From Chlorokybus atmophyticus (lineage: Eukaryota; Plantae; Mesostigma and Chlorokybus algae), in NCBI GenBank assembly GCA_009103225.1, contig RHPI01003536.1, forward strand, positions 62,001-126,000: DNA of 64,000 nucleotides, given 5' to 3'. The notes under the pieces were generated by a model. It was given only the letters and a program-made list of their open reading frames with translations, searched no databases and had not been told where the DNA came from. The translations under genes and the position numbers were made by a program. Positions 22,350-35,827 of the stretch are shown here, piece by piece (positions within the stretch are counted from its first letter, which is position 1; every line of letters begins with the position of its first letter).

Positions 22350-22965
22350 AGGACCCGCCAGGGTATTCCATGTACTATACATTGAGTATCCATTATAATT
22401 ACAATATACCTTATCATCCTTGTCACATCCATGATGCCCATCGACCTGACGCCTTCTGTGCATGCTCGTAACTCGTAACATGCAACACATGGGATTTTTG
22501 ATTTATTAATGATTGTAATTTACATCTTTATTTAATATTAATGCATGCACCCCCCGAAGACTCGCCAGGGTATTCCATGTACTGTACATTTTATATCCAC
22601 TATTATTACAATTATACCTTATCATGCTCACCGCAGCTATGATGCCTTTGGACCTGACGCCTCTTGTGCATGCTCGTAACTCGTCACATGCAACGCGTGG
22701 GATTATTACGTTGTTGACAATCGTGGTTTTAATCCTTGTTCAATACTATTGCACGCACCCCCAAAGACCCGCCAGGGTGTTCCATGTTCTATGTATTGAA
22801 TATCCATCCATATTAACATCTTAACTTATCTTGCTTACCGCTACCGTGTTGCCCTTGAACCTAACGCCTCTCGCATGCTTGTAACTCATCGCGTGCATCA
22901 CATGGGATTTTTTATTATTAACCATCGTGGTTTATTGCTTTTTATTACACATTATTGCACGCTTT
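22350..22965. repeat. Three diverged tandem copies of a 207-bp unit
   Basis: CGCCAGGGT(A/G)TTCCATGT anchors at 22356, 22563 and 22770 (period exactly 207); a shared ACCT(G/A)ACGCC..CATGCT(C/T)GTAACTC block occurs in each copy. Confidence 0.85.
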
Positions 22966-24085
22966 CACCGTAACATCAACTGTAACATAAAAGGGATGCA
23001 TATCCGTGCCTGCCAACAAGTTGTCTATTATCATCATATTTAACAACCATGTAGATCGTGATCATGCAAAGTTCAAGTTATTAGATCTGATATGAAGGTT
23101 GTGAGTGATGGCTCACGACATAATGCCCTGCAAGTGTGATTATAATCCTTGGCGATGGGATAAAAGGAAAGGCTTTGGATGATTGGCGGCCCTAAAGTAG
23201 TGCTTGAGTTAATGGTTTAACGCAATTAAGGTTGAAGGTAGCACGTCATCAACTGTCTAGAGGCTAATCATTGCACAAATAACAAGGCCACTGCGTTCTA
23301 TGCGTACCGCATTCCATAGTCAATGCGTTCAGCATGAATCTTGGCAATATGTACCACACAATATAAAACCCACTAATCACTGTTATTGAGCACAACGCAT
23401 GCAGCTGATGTGCTACTTGTTGACAGACGTGATTCGGCCAATTGCATGTGCTGCAGTTTACCCTCGCTGTAATCACACTCTTTCTTGCGACACCCTCTCA
23501 GTAGTGACAATTTGCTGATTACCCGTTATACATAAGGCAATTTTCCACCTTTGTATTGACTATCACTCTCCCTATAAGGACAATCAGGGCTAGTAGAGAG
23601 CGTCGCTATAAACAGGGCAACATATATGAAATCATTGATTAGGGTTTGCAAACCTCATTATAGTGATCGTCATTATATATATATAAAATGTCATGAACAC
23701 TTTGATGTAATGCTCAATTATCAGTTTCGAGATGTCCGATGCCTAATGCATACACATGTTACTTGTTTTTGTTATCAAGTATTTATATTTTGCTAATAAA
23801 TCTCGTCACAATGACGGATGGTCATCAATTAGCATCAATGCGTTGTAGTGACCGTCCGTCACTACATCGAATGAACGACACCTCCGTACAATGACAAAAT
23901 GCCTCAAGACATGTATGGTCACTACATCGAGGGTAGATTGACACTACACCATTCACTCACATATCCAAAGTATGCAATCACACAACCCTCACGGCAACCA
24001 TTGCAGAACTTGATGCCGTGGGTGCACAGCGTTCACTACATAAGGCAAACCTTCAGCCCAGCAGCACCCAACTTACATGCGCTGG

Positions 24086-26537
24086 TCACCATTCAAACTC
24101 GCCTTGAGCCTGTGCATAGAGACCGCAACCATTAGCAGACCAGCAGGCGACCACCAGTATGCACAGCAGTAGCAATGTACTACCTTGGCAAACACAACGT
24201 CTTTTCCATTTATGTGCATGATGCCATCTTTAAGACTGCATTTCCATTTGTTCTTCGTTCTTGAAACCTACAACAAAGCATTAGGGCAAAATACAAAGTG
24301 CGAGTCACAGCACTGCAACAAGATCGAATGCAGTCGTATGCATAGAGCTGTGCTGCACAACGGTGTAGCCAGCACCTTATCAAACTGTGCAAGCACCAAG
24401 TTTGTTGTCTCGGGCTCAGCGTCATCGTTCGCATCATCCTCATCCTCGTCATCGTCTTCATTGAGGTCGCCATCAAGATCATCCTGCGCACAAGATGACG
24501 TGTTATTGGAACCCAGAACATACGGGCATGTCAAGTTGCTGATGCAGAGCGGCATTGGAGCCAACAGGAGAGCAGTCGACTAGCCATATGCTTTGCAAAC
24601 AGACAAGTGGTAACAGTTGCTGAGTGTCAACACCTCAGCCCCACTGCTTCCCGGAGCGCCTCCTCGTATCCTTGCAACACCATCCCAACCAGAGGTGTCT
24701 GCGCCAACCGACAGCAGGTTATGGACTAGTGTTGTTCATCTAACTACACCGCATTGTGATAATACACTGCAACACACTTTGTTCCAAAGCTCACCAGCAT
24801 TGAGATCTAGTGCTGGTTCCGCGGGGCGTTGTGCAGTCGTGTTGGGTGCAGGTATAGGTCGTCGCTGCGAGCATAACATTTCGTCAACGTCATCAGCGTG
24901 CCTATCCTTTCATGCGGCAATCATCGGCATGCAAGAACAATACCTGAACAATGGGTTGTGAGGGCGGCGCAACAGCATAACCGGCGGGCTGCAGGACTGC
25001 AGTTGGTTGGCCCCTGCCAGCAGGTGCTCTACTCTGCACCACCATAGGCGGGCCAGCCTCGTCCCGCGTGCGCTTGATGCCTCCAGACCCAAACAAGTCC
25101 TGCGACAGGATACAAAAAGGTGGGTGATGCGTGCAATGATACAGATTTCGTGGAGATTGACAGGGGAAGAGAGTAAAGCCGGCTGCGCTGTGCTGCTGCT
25201 GCAGCGCGCGTACCAGCGCGGCACTGCCCTGTGCAACCGGCGCCAAGCCGGACACGCCTGCAAGCAGTGGTCCCCGCATTTGAACAAACCCCTTTGCAAT
25301 GATGCTGTGGGGTGGGTGGGAAACACTCACTCATCCGGCAAGCACACCTGGATCAAACTTGACGTCTTGCTGCTGTGTCCACATGTTCGGAGCAGCCTGC
25401 ATGCATCCACCCATTCATCACCTGATGGGATAGAAAGCAAAAGCAAGCACCCCACACACTGCACGAGCACAACGCAACTGACCATGTACGGCTGCGGGCG
25501 ACCTATACTTGGAACAACAGTTGTGCTTGGGGCCAGATTCTGCATGGCAATCAAGGGAATGTCATTACAGGCCTCCACCACATTGTGCAACAAGCAGTAC
25601 TGTGTCCCAAAGCAACGAAAGGGGCGCTTCGTACCAAGTCATACCCCGCGCTGCCCCCGCTGTAGTATGCAGAGTTGCCGTGTTCCTCCGGCACGGCGGC
25701 AATCTGCGCGCTGTGTAATGCAGCATCGTCATAACCGGGCAGCTGCACGGCACCAGTCTGGCGCAGCTTCGTCTCCCACAACTGCAGGCAGACATTTGGG
25801 TGTGCACACAAAGCCAACTGAGGCATGTTTGTGGAACGCATGCAACCATAATGTACATGCATTACACAAGATATTCGTAGCTTCATGAAAACTGTCGATG
25901 CAATATCGCTAACCTACAGTGTGACGCTGTGCACCAAATCATGCTGCGGACGGAATCCTGCACCAAGTCACACATCTGTTCGGTATTAGCTAATGACACT
26001 GACTGCTGTGCACGACGCACACCAGCAAAGGTTATTGCAATCGAGTGACAACTGGAGATGCTATGCAAGTGCTATTGAGAGCCCTACACAATGTCGCTTG
26101 TTTACTACCACCGAACAAATGGTATGAACAAGTACAGATGCAGCAAAGCCCAAACGACTGTTGGGCTTCCTGATGGCATTGCCTCTCAGTTAAGTTTTGC
26201 TTTAAAAAACAAACAAGTAACAGTTTGTGCAAGACCACATGTTGACACTTGATGGAAAGAAACACTGGCAATTTCTGCGTTTCTTTTAGACAGACGCTTT
26301 TCCGATTGCAGACGACGATCAGAGCGCGCAATGCAACATTCTCAGATAGCGAGGTTATACTAGCGAACTGCGTGCACCGTCACGCTAAATTACTAGTACT
26401 GTCTCCATTCGAGTACACACACGCACCTGCTGCAGCTCCAGGAGCACCGTCTCTTCCACCCCATCATTTTGGAAATCCGTGCGCATGGAGGCGACGACCT
26501 CGTCGACAACATGCCTGTACACATCGGAGGTGTCCAT
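24086..26537 (-). CDS. GTF2A1: Transcription initiation factor IIA large subunit (alpha/beta), multi-exon
   Basis: MDTSDVYRHVVDEVV..LLELQQ / LWETKL; acidic stretch; NLVLAQFDKV / SRTKNKWKCSLKDGIMHINGKDVVFAK / AQGEFEW*. Confidence 0.92.
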
Positions 26538-26905
26538 CCTCACGCAGAGAACAACCGTTTGACTCCGTCTGACCGCCGCCGCCGCCGCGGACAACGACGG
26601 CAATGCCAACACCCTCCTCAGGGCGTCAAAACAAGTTTATATACGGCTCAAACCCTAGCTCAAACATCATGAGATCGCCTGCGTTCATAAGACACCTTGC
26701 AGGAAAAACGCCTGCCGCCTGCTCTGAAATCAGCTGCGACGACTGCCGGAAGCCCCTGCCTTGTTAAGACCCAGCTAGGACAGCCATATATTGGCTTGTT
26801 CTCCTGGCGTACTTGCGTTGGTGGCTGTGAACATTAGCGAGGGTGTTGTCGCTTGTGGACGAGGTTGGGCGGAGGGTTTTAGTCGCTGCAAGTAGTAGTT
26901 GTGCG

Positions 26906-27982
26906 ATGGTGCGGAAGGGGCGGCGGTCTGAGCGTACGCTGGCGTGCGCGGTGCAGGTAGAATAGGTCCAGTTATGAGCCCGCACATGCTGGATGAATGA
27001 ATGCGTGGCGGAAGCCTGTGGTTTGTTTGCGACTGGACAATGCCATTTGCTCTCACCTCGCTCATTCCTCATAATCTCATAACTTAGGCTGCAGAGATCA
27101 ACGCCCTGCAAGCAGCATGCACAAATTTGTGCCGGGCTTGTTGCCATGCAGCACAAGATGCAGCACATGTTCGTGTAAAGTGTGCATTGGCAGTGCTTGT
27201 CGACTACTTTATGTGACTTCAAGTACATGACATGATGTGCGGCCACACTGCACGCAACTTAGAGGCGTTGGCAGGCTCTGCAAGGAGAACTTGTCGCTGT
27301 GGAATTGCGGAACGACACTGTCATCAAGGGCCATTTGGAGCATGCAGACGATGCCATGAAGTGAGTTTGCTGCAGGTTATTGCAGTTGGTTTGACTGTGA
27401 CCTGAATGTGCTGGTTCTGAAAGGCGTAAAATTCTGGCAGTCTCACCATAAAAGACGCGCAGGTTACTCCACTGCAGGTGCGGTTATGTACACATGGTTG
27501 AATGCACATCGCAGGCAATGCAGCCTCATGTGCATTGTCAGGGTCTTGTGTGCATACAAGGCTGGAGAAAGAAAGCTATGCTGTGTTCCCTATTATGCAT
27601 TGTACACGAATAAACGCATTGTTTGTGAAGTAGGTTCTTGTGTGCTTGCATGCCAGGGCCAAACACGCATCCATGACGCCATCTTTATCAAGTCTGATCA
27701 AGTGCGCTTCGTGCACATACCCTCCTCCATCATTGTGCGCTCCGCAGTGGAGCAGCAGGTGCGCCCATCACACTTGGATGCGTTATGTCTAATTCTGTTG
27801 GCTCGCTCTTGTCGGCCAGCACGTTTGCCACCCGTCATTTCTGTTTGGAATAACAGCGCAAGCGTCGGGATGATGCGGAGTCCATGTACGGCCAAGCCAA
27901 GGCAGCTGGTGGGAACCAAGCGCAGAAGCCATCTTTGCATCCGTCGGAGTCAAAAGCAGCGCAGGCTGGCATGCAAGTATGA
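26906..27982 (+). CDS. LSM10: Sm-like protein resembling U7 snRNP LSm10
   Basis: SERTLACAVQ/ALQGELVAVELRNDTVIKGHLEHADDAMN (Sm1) and DAIFIKSDQVRFVHIPSSIIVRSAVEQQ (Sm2 with the LSm10-type VRxVHIP..IEQQ). The middle exon is not resolved. Confidence 0.65.
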
Positions 27983-28874
27983 AGTTTGATTGAACTGATG
28001 AACCAAGGCAGCTTTACACCACTCGGTCCTTTCCTGCTGGCTGATGGTCGTTCCCTTGCTGGTAGGCAACACGATGCGATGTAACTTTGTTGTTGACACC
28101 ATTGTGATTTGAACCCACTACAGGTCGTTGCGGTCATCACCAATGTGACATATCTGACATAACAGTTGTCTGTCAGGTTTGGCATTCAACCGCATGCGCA
28201 ATGAGAGTCTACAAGATCGCCACGCAAGCATAAGGCGTGGTGCAAGCGACATCGACAAGCACCACCGTGTTGCCACTGTCTGGCAGGTTCTTGAGCGCTT
28301 GCTGGTTACACCAGGAGCAACACTGCACGCCTATGAGCACACTGTGCACATGTTGCTGTGCTAAGGCTGGAACAATGCGAGCAACACTATCAAACGGTTT
28401 TAGTGGTGCCAATGCGGCCAACCCATCTTTAGTGCACAGACAAGTCTGTCAGTCAGTTGTTGCACTGAACATAGACTTATAATCTGCAGAAGGTACTTGG
28501 CTAGCGACAGCACTTCAGAGCACAGGCCCTGGTACCAAGCGTGCTTGCCACAAAGTGTACCTGCATGGTTGGTTTTAATATGTTAGCATAACCAAAGGGT
28601 GCGCATGCTTGTGTGGGTGCTAGTGACTGCCGGAGTTACACAACTCGCCTTGCATGTGGGTGGCACTTTGTTGGAGAGACTGTACGGGCAGGCAAGCAGT
28701 GCAACTGCTTGTGTGAATGCACTCGTACGCACTCATAGGCGCACTGGCATGATGCGCAACCATCAGCTCCAGTCATCAGTCAGCTTGGGCTTTGCTGACG
28801 GCGGCTTCCCTGCAGCACACTCGTGAGTCACATATGCATCACTTGCACTTTTTGTACACACTCCTCCCAATGTG

Positions 28875-30894
28875 TCATGTGTCCGATCTGCTTAGCACGC
28901 ATTTCCAGCAGCACACCAACAGAGCCATCAACACACCGGCTTGCATGCCGCACTGGCGGTTGTGCCTGTCGTCCCCGCGGTCATACTCGCAGTACCTCAC
29001 GTGTCCCTCACGATGCAGCGCAAGCATCAGGTCCCGCTCCGCGTCGAACGAGTGCGTGGGGTTCATGGAGTTCTTCTTCGCGTTGTGCGCCGGCGTGAAC
29101 AGGTGGAAGTAGTGGTACCCGCTGTTGCTGTTGGACTTGTCGTTGTCGTCTTTGGTGGTGGTGTGGTCGTCCTCGATGCCCGCATTGAGACCGAAACCGT
29201 ATATCGTCACGTTGCGGCACAGTTGAAACATCGTGAACACCGCAGCGTATCCTGATGATGGCTGAAACAAGAAAAGGCTACTGCTGTGTTACTCGTTTCT
29301 GTTTGCATGTGAGATCAGATACCAACACAACAAATTTACCGTGGAGCCACCAAAGTAAGGGCCTCGTTTGACATCATCAAGCTTGGTTCGGTACGCGACA
29401 AGCAGCCTCCGCGCCGCACTGAGGAGAGTGAGAGACACTCTCAACATCACATTCTGAAGGGAGAAGTTGACAACACGACATGAATAGCGAGTGGCACTTG
29501 TGTGCATGTACCCTATTACGCGGGAGGATAGGAAGAGTGCGCGCACGTCGGGACGCGCCTCGGCCAGGTAGCACGCCAGCCTGTCGTACGCCCTCGCCGT
29601 CGAGCGCGTCACAATCAACGTCACCTCCTGCTCCAATGGCAAACCTGTGGACGCAGAAGCATTGTTGATGTCTATGTTGTGAATGTTGCGATGCATCTAG
29701 CCTATGTTGTACAGTTGGATGCACTGTGCAGACTGCTGATACTCCTTGACTTATGCTGCGATGCATTTGCGTACAATTCCAACACGTGCATCTGTCACAT
29801 ACAAGCACAGCCACGCGTGCACACACGCGTGTCCAAACACGAACCTTCTTCGACAAAGTGCACATCGGCATACTTGTTGGTCCAGCGCGTGTTGATCAGC
29901 CTAAACGTGGTCTTCTCGCCAACATGCCGCGCGTACCGCTTTGTCGGCGCCTGTTTGGCACAGATTGAGACACTGAAGATGCATGCGTGTGCCGATACAC
30001 ACGCGCGCATGTGCTTGGTGTTGCATTCGTGTCATGCCAAACAACGGCACAACAATCTGGCACGCAACATCCTGCATGCGCACGCATGCACGCACGCACT
30101 TGGTTGATGCGCACGACGACCGTGTGCGAGTCGATCGCTCGCCCGAACGCGGAACTGAGCAGCGAGCCCGCTGACCCAACCACCGCGCACGAGTCGAACT
30201 CGTAGCGACCAAGCGCAATACTCCCATTGATGGGAAAAGAACTGTGTGCATATGAGAGTGAATGTGAATGTGTGTGTGTGTGTGTGCGCGCGCGCGAGAG
30301 TGTAAACATATGTGGGTCGTTGTGCGTGTGCGCGCACGCATGCACGCACAACGTGTGACATTGAGAACCTCCTACTGTCATTGAGCTATGGGATCTCCCC
30401 ACCTGTTGTGTTTGAGTCTTTTGAGCTGGTCCGCCGGCAGCACTCTGGCCAGGATGCCACGGTGCAGGAACAGGTTCTCCTTCGGGAGCGGCGCGCGCAG
30501 CAAGGAAGCATATGGGGCAAATGAAGGCAAGTCCACAGCATAATCTGACAATAGACAATTATTCAATCAACGTCACAATTACTCTATATTGTAGCATTGG
30601 CTTGTTGAATCAGTTAGTGCTCTCACTTGGTTTGACCCACTCATCTCCTTCCATCCACTTGTGCTTGCGGTGATTGCTATCCTCATCGTCGCTATCGACG
30701 ACGTCATTGATGTCGTGGAGGCGGCGGTGGACAGTGTTTCCGCCGCCGCCGCTGGCCTGGCCTGGTAGGAGCGAGGCGTGGCGAGCTAGCCAGGTGACGC
30801 AGAGTAGGGCGGCGGCGGCGGCGAAGCACACCTGCGGCACGCTCCAGGCCGCCACCTGTGCAGGCCCAGACCGTTGCTGCTTCCTCAATTTCAT
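28875..30894 (-). CDS. Sialyltransferase-like protein, GT29
   Basis: TM anchor; sialylmotif L CAVVGSAGSLLSSAFGRAIDSHTVVVRINQAPT; S motif PSSGY..YGFG; HYF; VS motif HSFDAE. The 3' end is approximate. Confidence 0.88.
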
Positions 30895-31388
30895 GCTTTC
30901 ACTCCCACCGGCCTGACCAGGCCACGCCAGACTGTTTGGCCTGGTCAGGCCAGAGCCTGACAACCACCATCGACAATGGACAGAGTCATACACGTCGACG
31001 GTCGACGACCGCAAAACCGAGGTAGTTACATTAACGGCTGACGGCAACACGGAAGAGTCACCTAACACTACTGTCCCGTCCTCCGTTTAAGTCACGTAGC
31101 CCGGCTCTTGAAGCATCCTTTGCACTATGTCTGGGGAAGCCAAAGACTAGAAGCCATCTTCAGTGACATTGTACCCCAGGGAAGCAGCTCGAGCCAGACT
31201 GCAAATTGCTGTTCCAGATTCGCTTCTGCAAAGACGGAGAAACGGCTTCCGCTTCTCTCTGCTGCTCTGTCGATATTCCTGTCGTCATTGTCATCGTTGT
31301 TGCCCTTGTCCTTGTTCTTGTTGGCGGCGGTTTAGTCATCACTGGGAGTGTTGTTGTTGCCTCTAGGGGTCCTCTGTGTATACCCACC

Positions 31389-33249
31389 ATGGCGGCGGCG
31401 GTTGCTGCGGCTGCGCAGCTGGTGCAGCAGTCTAGCGGTGAGTCCAGGTTGAGGCATGCCAGGCGGCATGCGCTGGCTCCGGCGGCGGTGAAGGCGAGCA
31501 AGCCTGTCCAGGTGGCCAACAGGCGCGGCGACAGGCGCAGCAACAGCCTGGTGGTCCGCAACGCCTCGACTGTGCTGGATCCCCACAGCTGGCACGTCTG
31601 CGAGAGCGACCTGCTCGAGGAGGGATGCTACCTGCAGGAGGAGAACCAGCTGGAGTCACTCAAGAAGATGTCAAAGGTGGGGACACACTCACACTGTCTG
31701 TGTAGTACTGTTAGTTATAGTGTGTACTGGCAATGGTTGGTGGTGATCAAGGATGCACTGTTGTGGGTTCTCAATCAGATGTGCCTGGTTCTCCTCAGGT
31801 GGTTGCGGACTCTGGCGACTTTGGCCTTGTCAAGAAGTACAAGCCCATTGACTCAACAACCAACCCTAGGTGTGTGCACTTGTAACTGTATGTGTGCGTG
31901 TGTATGCGTGCGCAGTTATGTGCGCATGCTCCTGTGTAAGCATGTGCACATGTGTGTGTATGCATTGGCCAGGCATTATGCGTGCGTGAGCGTGTACACG
32001 CGTCTACAATCACGCACGCACGCGCATGCATGCTTGTGCGCACGTGTGTATGCGTGCATATCCACTTGTGCACGTGCTCGTGTTTTTCTGCACGTGCATG
32101 TGTACATTGCCCTGACACAACTCGTCGGTCCACAGTCTGATCCTCAAAGCCGCCACCATGCCCGAGTACAAGCCTTTGGTCCTCAAAGCCCTCAAATACA
32201 AATCTCCCGCTGGCGTGCGTGTCGACCGTCCCATGTCCGTCGTGGTTGACAAGCTCGCCGTCGACTTCGGCTCAGAACTCCTCAAGATCATCCCCGGCCG
32301 CGTCTCCACGGAGGTGGACGCCCACCTCTCTTACGACACGCGCGCCACGGTCGACAAGGCCCACTACCTCCTTGACTTGTATGCTGCCAAGGGGGTGGAT
32401 CCGTCTAGGGTTTATATCAAGATCGCGTCGACGTGGGAAGGGATCAAAGCGTGCGAGGAGCTGGAGAAGGAAGGGATCAAGTGTAACATGACGCTGCTGT
32501 TCTCGTTCGCGCAAGGGGTGGCGTGCGCGGAGGCGGGGGCGGCGCTCATATCGCCGTTCGTCGGACGCATACTCGACTGGTGAGCAGATAGCTGGCGTGC
32601 GCGTGTTGCGTGTCCAGATGCATGCATGTGTATGCAATTGTGCATGCGTATGCGCATGCGCACACGTTGAGAAGTGTACATGTGTGACTGCAAGCGCGCA
32701 CGTAGGTTGGTGGGGGGCACATGCACGCACCCACACCAACGTACACCCTTCTTGCTCATGTGTACGGATGCCGTTTGCTGTCAAGAACACAACATGAACA
32801 TCTTCTCTCAACCCAACAGGTACAAGAAGGCGGAGGGTCGCGACTTTGCCCCCCACGAGGACCCGGGCGTCCAGTCCGTGAAGCGCATCTACAACTACTA
32901 CAAGAAGTACAACTACAACACCATCATCATGGCGGCTTCCTTCCGCAACATCGGCGAGATACGCGAGCTCGCGGGCTGCGACAACATCACCATCTCCCCT
33001 GCTCTACTAGAAGAGCTCCAACAGTCCACCGAACCCCTCGTGTGCAAGCTCGCGCCCGGCGTGGCGAAGCTCGAGGCGTGGCGAGGTGGATGTGTGGAGG
33101 AGAAGGTACACCTCGATGAGGAGAAGTTCAAGGAGATGCATGGAGGGGATCAGATGGCGGTGGAGAAGCTGGATGAAGGGATAAAGGGGTTCGCCAAGGA
33201 TCAGGAGAAGCTGGAGGAGTTTCTGGCGTCACTTGCTGCGCAGCAGTGA
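31389..33249 (+). CDS. TAL: Transaldolase (TalB-type) with probable plastid transit peptide
   Basis: [31 protein letters not shown]; [15 protein letters not shown]; [10 protein letters not shown]; [11 protein letters not shown]; [11 protein letters not shown]; IMAASFRN. Confidence 0.95.
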
Positions 33250-33999
33250 TATGTGGGTGTGCGTGGGTATGTGGGAGTGTGGTTATGCGCCTCGGGATCA
33301 TGTGTAGAAAGTGAAGGTTGTGACACCCAGCAACGAGGTGGCACATAGTGTATAGGGAAGCAAACAAGTATGTACATTAGGTTGTTGAGTTTGTTATAGA
33401 GGCAACCCGCAACACCAGTGAATTGGACTCGTGCTTGCACTCGGCATGCTTTCTGTTGGTGCAGGTTGTTCATGCCCAAATGCGTGTGCAGGCGCGCGCG
33501 TGATGGTGTTGCACCCTCAGCAGCCAAAGACAGTGCTCGTCCCCAAGCACAAGTTGTCAGTCACACATGCTTGCTGTGTGCATGAGACAGGCGACGCGGG
33601 AGGGCAATCAGCCATCTCAGCTAGCACGGTCATTACTGTTGCACAGGCCACACACAATGGAGTAATTAGACACAAGTAATTAGACATTCGAACAAGCCAA
33701 GAGTATGCGCACAGGACTATGAACCCCTTGGATGGCCCACCACACCAAGTGCAGGCCGGGCGGCAGAAACAAGCCAACCTGCTACGGTCGCAGCAGCAGT
33801 TTGCCATCACAGCTATGGATGGCACCATGCGCGCGCGCATGTGCGTACGCGCGCGTGCATGCAGCGTGCATAATGCGTGGTCCACTAGTACTCTCTGCTG
33901 TGCAACAGAGACCAAGTGAGCGTCTCTTACCAACAATTACCTTACCAGCCACTAGTGTTGTACTCAGCAACATAACACCAACTACGAGGGATGGCACTG

Positions 34000-34908
34000 C
34001 TATTGTGATTGTTGTTGTTGTTGCGACTGCTGCTGTTGCGCTTGTTGCTGTAGTTGTTGTTGTTGTTGTTGTTGTTTGTCGTCTTTGTTGGGCGTTTGCA
34101 ACACGTACAGCGACGACGCGGACATGAGCGCGACGGTGGCCGCCTGCGCGACAACGCGGGCGCGCATCAGGTTCTGGCTCGCGCGGCTGTGGCCCTTCTT
34201 GAACGCGTACAGGCCGCCGATAAGGACACCAGCCGTAATAGCAGCACCTGCGTGTGAGTGAGGGTGAGTGGTTGGGCGCGTGCGCGCGTGTGCGTGCGTA
34301 CGTGCGCGCGCGCTGGGGTGCGGGTGGATGCGCATAGATGTCGCGTGCGCGTGCGTGCGTGTGTGCGTGCGTGCGCTTGTGCGGGCGTGTGTGTTTGTGC
34401 GCGTGCCTTTGTGCGAGTGGGTAGGTGCGTACGCGCATGCGTGCTTTGTGAGGACTGTCTGTATTGTATACGTGTGGGTAAGCCAACACTGCATGTCTGA
34501 TACAAGCTGCTGATGCGTGAGCTGCAAGATGCCTGTGTAAGACCGACCAGTGCCATCAAGACCACCTCTAACAACCATGCAATGGCAACATACAGAGCAG
34601 AGCAGGACAACCAACAAGGTAGCAGAGCGGTCGATCTGTACATACCAACCATGAAACCCACACTGTCTACGTTGTGCATGCTTTCAGGGGGCGCAATTGA
34701 ACACAATCAGGTCAACTGTGTCATGTTGTGTTGCAGCTGCCCAATAACCTATTGAGCGTATAGTGGTGGCATGCATTTAGGGTGAAATCTGCAAATTGAT
34801 ACCTATGGGCACAAGAGGGTTTCTGAGTCGCTTCTTCTGCTCAAACATGTCCTCATCAACGTCATGCAGCCCATGCGGCGGCGGCGGGGGCACCGCCGAC
34901 GGCGCCAT
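34000..34908 (-). CDS. HIG1 (hypoxia-induced gene / RCF1-like) protein with C-terminal polyQ
   Basis: RLRNPLVPIG / AAITAGVLIGGLYAFKKGHSRASQNLMRARVVAQAATV across one intron. Confidence 0.85.
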
Positions 34909-35827
34909 GGACGACCCCCTTAGTCTATCCTCGCCTCAATCAACCCACGTTGTAAGTTACATAAACTCAATTTGTCGTCCTTCAGCACCTTCTTCACCCA
35001 CTTCGCATTCACCGCCGCTGCCGCCGCTGCTCGCGCAGTACACCACGTGGCGCATGCAGGCGCCATCTAGGGCTAAGGATCTCTGATCCTAATCCACAAA
35101 CTCTGGATCTACAAACCGGTTCAGCAGCCTGATTGACCGAGCCGGGTTCAGGCGCCAAACTGATCAGGTTTGACCAAACTGGTTGTTTTGGTTTGCAGCT
35201 CGCACAAACAGCAGGCGGCGGCGGCGGTGGCGCTGGGGCTGTGGGATTTATGGGCGCTCTGCGGATGCGCGGGAGTTGCTGCTTGGCTCCCTTTATGTTT
35301 GCTACTGAATGACTACCAGGATTAGCAGCAGCATGTTGACATGGGTGAAAGAGAGGAGGAGAGGAGGAGCATGAGGCGGCGGCTGGTCGGGAACGGCCTG
35401 GTGCAGTTACTCGTTTGAGCAGGTGCCTAATCATGCTCACGATCATGCTCTTGAGACTTTATGCTACTGCTGTGCGTCTACGCATTTGTCTCCATCTGCA
35501 TATGTCTCTCTTGCAAACTGCTACTACTGTTTACATTCTCTCTGCTAGTACATTCTGACCATCTTGGTTGACATTTAGTGGTTGTGGTTGTGGTGTTGTT
35601 AACAGCTGTGGCGTGTTCTGTTCTCTCTGACTCGATATGTGTTTGGGTTCGGGTCGTTTACAACCAGTTGCTCGCAGCAGCCACACTTGTTCATGCATGC
35701 ATGCATGCACGCCATGCACACGTGTTGCTTTCAACTGTGCTCCCAGTTAGCGCCACCAAGCACACTTCTTCTGCCTTGGCAGTGTTTGGAAAATTGCAGA
35801 TAGTTGGAGGCGTCTCTACTCCTCATT

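Noticed and set aside
22350-22965. CRISPR-like array
   Set aside because: Whole 207-bp units are similar, with no short repeat plus unique spacer pattern, and the context is eukaryotic with no cas genes.
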